The position numbers were made by a program, and so were the translations under genes. Below, piece by piece: positions 60,130 through 64,000 of a stretch of 64,000 nucleotides of DNA. Where the stretch lies: NCBI GenBank assembly GCA_963697895.1, contig OY969100.1, positions 1,600,001 to 1,664,000 of the forward strand. Reading direction: 5' to 3'. Within the stretch, counting starts at the first letter, position 1, and each line of letters starts with the position of its first letter. Source of the stretch: an uncultured Methanomicrobiales archaeon (lineage in GTDB: Archaea > Halobacteriota > Methanomicrobia > Methanomicrobiales > Methanospirillaceae). Below the pieces are notes generated by a model. That model ran no database searches. It had not been told where the DNA came from and was given only the letters and a program-made list of their open reading frames with translations.

Positions 60130-61281
60130 TCACCGCGTCATCAGGTATTCATACGCTTCGAGAGCGGCCTTGGCACCTTCCCCCGAAGCGGTGATGATCT
60201 GCTTGGTTTTGATATTCGTTACATCTCCCGCCGCATAGATCCCCGGGACATCCGTGTGGCAGTTGATATCAACAATAATCTCCTTTTGATCGTTCATTGC
60301 AACGACGTCTTCCAGAAATCCGGTATTTGGTACCCATCCTATCTCGGTGAACAGACCGTCCAGATCTATCTTTGTCTCTGTCCCTTTCAGGCGATCCTTA
60401 AGGGTTACACCAGTAAGAGCGGTCTCCCCATGGAGGGCAGAAATGTCACTGTCGAGATGGGTGATAATGTTTTTCTTCGTCTGGTAAAGGTTCTTGTATA
60501 CATCGTCCGCACGGATTTTACTCCGTACGATCAGGTGTACTTCCCGGGCGATACCACTCATTTCGATCGCCGTCTGGAGGGCTGAATTCCCACCGCCTGC
60601 AACCGCAACGATTTTGTCCTTAAAGAGAGGTCCATCGCAGGTGGAGCAGATGGAGAGTCCCTTCCCGAGGTACCGGTCCTCTCCCTCCACCCCGAGTTTG
60701 CGGGGCCGCTTTCCCTGGGCTAGAATAATGGCTTTTCCCCGGTAAACATCCCCTGTAATAGTATTCAGAACGAATAGATCATCGGATTGGGTCAGGCTTA
60801 CCACACTATCCAGTTCGAGATGAACTTTCTGCGATCTGATCTGTTCTTCAAATTTTCGCATCAGCTCGTCCCCGGTGATCATCCGGTACCCCATGTAATT
60901 TTCGACCGTCCAGCTTTCCAGTGCCTGGCCACCGATATTTTCACTGATAAGAACCGTTTTTAATGATTTGCGTGCGCAATAAACCCCTGCGGTAAGGCCA
61001 GCCGGTCCTGCCCCGACGATAAGGATATCATAGACCTCCTCCGCCTTCACTGCCCCGAAGAGTTCGTTGAAACGGGCCGGATCGAAACCCACGATCACCT
61101 CGTCTCCAACCGTTGTGACCGGAACACCATATTGTCCGGAGATCTCGATCATCCTCTTTGCCGCTTCGCGATCTTCTCCGACATCGATGCTTGTATACGC
61201 TACCCCGTGTTTTTCGAGGAATGCCTTTACCATCCGGCAATAAGGGCAACTTTTGGTTGAGTAGACTGAGACCTCTGGCAT
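60130..61281 (-). CDS. Glutaredoxin-thioredoxin reductase fusion
   Basis: N-terminal CPYC/GVPV Grx domain; GAGPAG, CSTCDG, GGGNSA, YAAGD. Confidence 0.9.
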   Translation of the reverse strand: MPEVSVYSTKSCPYCRMVKAFLEKHGVAYTSIDVGEDREAAKRMIEISGQYGVPVTTVGDEVIVGFDPARFNELFGAVKAEEVYDILIVGAGPAGLTAGVYCARKSLKTVLISENIGGQALESWTVENYMGYRMITGDELMRKFEEQIRSQKVHLELDSVVSLTQSDDLFVLNTITGDVYRGKAIILAQGKRPRKLGVEGEDRYLGKGLSICSTCDGPLFKDKIVAVAGGGNSALQTAIEMSGIAREVHLIVRSKIRADDVYKNLYQTKKNIITHLDSDISALHGETALTGVTLKDRLKGTETKIDLDGLFTEIGWVPNTGFLEDVVAMNDQKEIIVDINCHTDVPGIYAAGDVTNIKTKQIITASGEGAKAALEAYEYLMTR

Positions 61282-61426
61282 TTGATCGAGGTTTATCTGA
61301 GTAAAGATAAAGATATTGGCGCAGTAGCGGAGGGGAGGGGAGAATAGCTTACCTGACCAAATCGGAGAAAGATTTTCATAACGTTTCCTTCAAATTTTTT
61401 TGGAAAATGAAGAGATTCCATCCCGG

Positions 61427-61927
61427 TTATGGGATCTCTTTGAAGACTTTCTTGAATGCCTTGCAAACCGGACACTGGTCAGGAGGGGTGCCGAAGAAAA
61501 TATTCCCGCAAACCGGACATATGAACATCTTTTTTGCGGTGAGATCGCGTTTCTCTTTCACCGCCTTCAGTGCTTCCGTGAAGAGAAAAGCATGCACTTC
61601 CTCAACCTTCATGGCATACGTGAATGCAAGTGCCGCATCGCTCTTCTTTTCATTTTCCGCATCCATTACAAAACCCGGATACATCTCGGTGAACTCGTTG
61701 GTCTCGCCGGAGATGGCAGCCTTCAGGTTTTCTTCCGTCGTGCCAATGGCCTCTAGCACCTTCAACAATCTCCTCGCATGAATGGCTTCTGCCTCTGATG
61801 CAGCAAGAAAAAGGCGGGCAATATTCGTGAGTCCTTCCTGAGCCGCTTTTTCGGAAAATGCCTGGTACTTCCTGTTTGCCTGGGATTCCCCGGCAAAAGC
61901 GGTGATTGCATCATCTCGAGTTTTCAT
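61427..61927 (-). CDS. Rubrerythrin
   Basis: AFAGESQA, EAIH, GETNE...MYP, EEVH, CPVCG...CPVC. Confidence 0.92.
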   Translation of the reverse strand: MKTRDDAITAFAGESQANRKYQAFSEKAAQEGLTNIARLFLAASEAEAIHARRLLKVLEAIGTTEENLKAAISGETNEFTEMYPGFVMDAENEKKSDAALAFTYAMKVEEVHAFLFTEALKAVKEKRDLTAKKMFICPVCGNIFFGTPPDQCPVCKAFKKVFKEIP

Positions 61928-62077
61928 ACGATACAGTTGAGCAAAACCCCTTATGAATGTATTCACCGGGGCTCTCGCGAAAAGTCGTTGACAAAAAAGA
62001 ACCCTTTTCAACTCCATCATCCAGTAATTCTCATCAACAGTTTTACGAACACCATACGAGGATACAAAACGAATCGC

Positions 62078-62737
62078 ATGAAACGCATCAGGGAACTCCC
62101 CGAACAGGACCGACCACGGGAGAAGCTCGAAAAAAAAGGCGCATCTGCGCTCTCCGACCGGGAACTCGTCGCTGCAATAATTGGAGGGGGAATCCAGGAA
62201 AGGGATGTTCTCGAGGTCGCCGGCGATATTGTGCGGCGGCTTGAGAAAGGACCGCCATTCAGCTATGATAATTTTCGGGGGATTAAGGGGGTAGGCCCGG
62301 CAAAGGCATCACAAATTCTGGCCTGTTTCGAACTATCCCGCCGGTACGGAAGGTCCGTCGACGGGGCACGGATCGGCACACCTGCCGATGTTCTGCCGCT
62401 TGTGGCTTTCCTTGCCCCCTTGAAACAGGAACACTTTGTCTGTATCACCCTGAACGGTGCGGGGGAGGTATTAGGGAACCGGACGATTACCGTCGGGCTC
62501 CTCAACCACAGCCTGGTACATCCGCGGGAAGTGTTTGCCGATGCGATCACAGACCGGGCAGCATCCATCATCTGCGTCCACAACCACCCTTCAGGAAGTC
62601 TGGAAGCAAGCACCCAGGACATCATGATAACGCGGCAGCTCGTAAGCGCCGGTGAAATCCTCGGGATACGGGTGCTCGATCATATTATCGTAACAAAACA
62701 GGGCCACCTTTCCCTGAAGGAAAAGGGACTTTTCTAG
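62078..62737 (+). CDS. radC: RadC/JAB-domain protein
   Basis: RPREKL, LSD.EL, VHPREVF, HNHPSG, VLDHII. Confidence 0.92.
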   Translation: MKRIRELPEQDRPREKLEKKGASALSDRELVAAIIGGGIQERDVLEVAGDIVRRLEKGPPFSYDNFRGIKGVGPAKASQILACFELSRRYGRSVDGARIGTPADVLPLVAFLAPLKQEHFVCITLNGAGEVLGNRTITVGLLNHSLVHPREVFADAITDRAASIICVHNHPSGSLEASTQDIMITRQLVSAGEILGIRVLDHIIVTKQGHLSLKEKGLF

Positions 62738-62755
62738 ATCACCAGAGAACAGGTG

Positions 62756-62778
62756 GTTATGGGACACTGTTCCATAAC
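62756..62778. terminator. Hairpin between convergent genes
   Basis: GTTATGGGAC-ACT-GTTCCATAAC, 10-bp stem with one G-U pair. Confidence 0.45.
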
Positions 62779-62789
62779 GGGATACCCCT

Positions 62790-63386
62790 TCAGGATTCCG
62801 CGATCCTTTTCCCGAGTTTGAATCCTTTCTTATAGGCCTCTTCCAGTAATTCCGGATGGGTGGTGATATCCCGGAGGTGATCCATATCCCGGATTAATAG
62901 CTCATCCCGGTATTTAACGTCGATAATGGTAAAGAATGCCTTTACGGTCATTATTGCACCATCGAAAACCTCCGGCACATTCATTCCCGATATCGAAATA
63001 AAGAGTCCCTCTCTCTTCTTTTTTTTCTCGTCCGGTACGAGCGATGTTTTCCGGAAAAATTTTCCCATGAAAAATACCTGGAATCGATCCATGAATGACT
63101 TGAGTTTTCCGGGGATACCCATAGTCATGATGGGAGTGGCAATGATGAGCCCGTCAAGATTACGGAATTTATCATATATAGGCGTCACATCATCCTCCAT
63201 CTGGCAGGTCTCGTGTTCCATGCAAAAAAAGATCTCCATGCAGGGCTCGAACTCCAGGAAGGGAACAATAATCTTTTCTACCTCGCACCCGGCGTCTTCT
63301 GCTCCTTGCAGCGCCCGATCCAGTAATTTAGCGGTATTTCCCTCAGGAAGCGGGCTCCCCAGGAGTCCGATGATTTTTCGTCCCAT
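62790..63386 (-). CDS. Isf-like flavoprotein with variant Cys motif
   Basis: LLGSP..GNT, CMEIFFCMEHETC, ATPI, LKSFMDRFQ. Confidence 0.83.
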   Translation of the reverse strand: MGRKIIGLLGSPLPEGNTAKLLDRALQGAEDAGCEVEKIIVPFLEFEPCMEIFFCMEHETCQMEDDVTPIYDKFRNLDGLIIATPIMTMGIPGKLKSFMDRFQVFFMGKFFRKTSLVPDEKKKKREGLFISISGMNVPEVFDGAIMTVKAFFTIIDVKYRDELLIRDMDHLRDITTHPELLEEAYKKGFKLGKRIAES

Positions 63387-63540
63387 GCAGGAATGTTATG
63401 GATTCGGTTTTCCCATATACTTTTGGAATTTCTCCGTTAACTTACCCCGGGATTTACGTGTATTGCACCGATTTTCCGGTAAATCCATCTCATTGGAAGG
63501 AACAAAAGTCATAAATAATTTCTACGTCCAATGAAACGAA

Positions 63541-63783
63541 TTGGTGATAGATCTGACCGAAGAGAAAACTTTGAAGGCTGGCCAGAAAGTCGGTCCCGGT
63601 AAGTATGTATGTCTGGATTGTGGAAGCGAATATAACCTGGATAAAAGCGAACAAGACCTGCGCAAATGTCCAAGTTGTGCGTGTGAGGAATACCAGTGCT
63701 TCCCGATACACCATATCAGGCCCGACATTAAAACACCAGAGGATGCAAGAAACCCGCCGAAACGTGGAAAAAGCAACCAATAG
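63541..63783 (+). CDS. Small zinc-ribbon/rubredoxin-like protein (start uncertain)
   Basis: GQKVGPGKYVCLDCG...CPSC. Confidence 0.75.
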   Translation: MVIDLTEEKTLKAGQKVGPGKYVCLDCGSEYNLDKSEQDLRKCPSCACEEYQCFPIHHIRPDIKTPEDARNPPKRGKSNQ

Positions 63784-63909
63784 ATTATATTTTTGCATTT
63801 AAGGGTAGGCGGAAGCGATTCGCAGAGGAAAGGTCGGAAATACGGGGGGTAAATATTTCCGGAAACCGTGTACTATCATGCATTAAGAGTTCATGAAAGG
63901 GTGTTTGAA

Positions 63910-64000
63910 ATGGTAAATGTGTCCAAGACAGGCGAAGTGTACGAATGCGAGATATGCGGTAACGTCGTGGTGGTAAAGGTCGTCGGTGGTGGCGAGCTGG
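63910..64000 (+). CDS. Desulfoferrodoxin/desulforedoxin FeCys4 domain protein, 3'-truncated (not in ORF track)
   Basis: MVNVSKTGEVYECEICGNVVVVKVVGGGEL... Confidence 0.8.
   Translation, partial: MVNVSKTGEVYECEICGNVVVVKVVGGGEL

Noticed and set aside
62078-62737. radC as a marker of a mobile element
   Set aside because: Full-length chromosomal-type RadC with no mobility genes around it.

Overview
Chromosomal segment of a hydrogenotrophic methanogen, most consistent with Methanomicrobiales (methanogen-type SerRS, TfrAB, Mmp10, class II LysRS, archaeal ACDS). Roughly 1-10 kb is accessory: ABC-2 exporter, GNAT, CBS, iron-sulfur flavoprotein, SemiSWEET, DedA, a degenerate hicBA, rubredoxin and membrane proteins. 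10-20.6 kb is a complete minus-strand ACDS cluster (cooC-cooC-cdhABCDE-RACo) next to tRNA-Thr(UGU). The rest is mostly core genes plus initiator tRNA-Met, an orphan DNA methyltransferase and a terminal redox/oxidative-stress cluster. The most unusual signal is that four genes (GNAT, a wHTH regulator, hypF and lysS) each carry exactly one extra base, and three of the four breaks lie in the same GGCAG(A/T)CT context. This is most likely a motif-specific sequencing error, possibly at modified DNA, but recoding is not excluded. Also notable are a three-way-junction RNA leader upstream of rps15, a radical SAM/SPASM enzyme resembling the GMGT lipid synthase subfamily, and two small genes missing from the ORF track. 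No CRISPR array, IS element or integrase was seen. All family calls are from motif recognition, not database searches.
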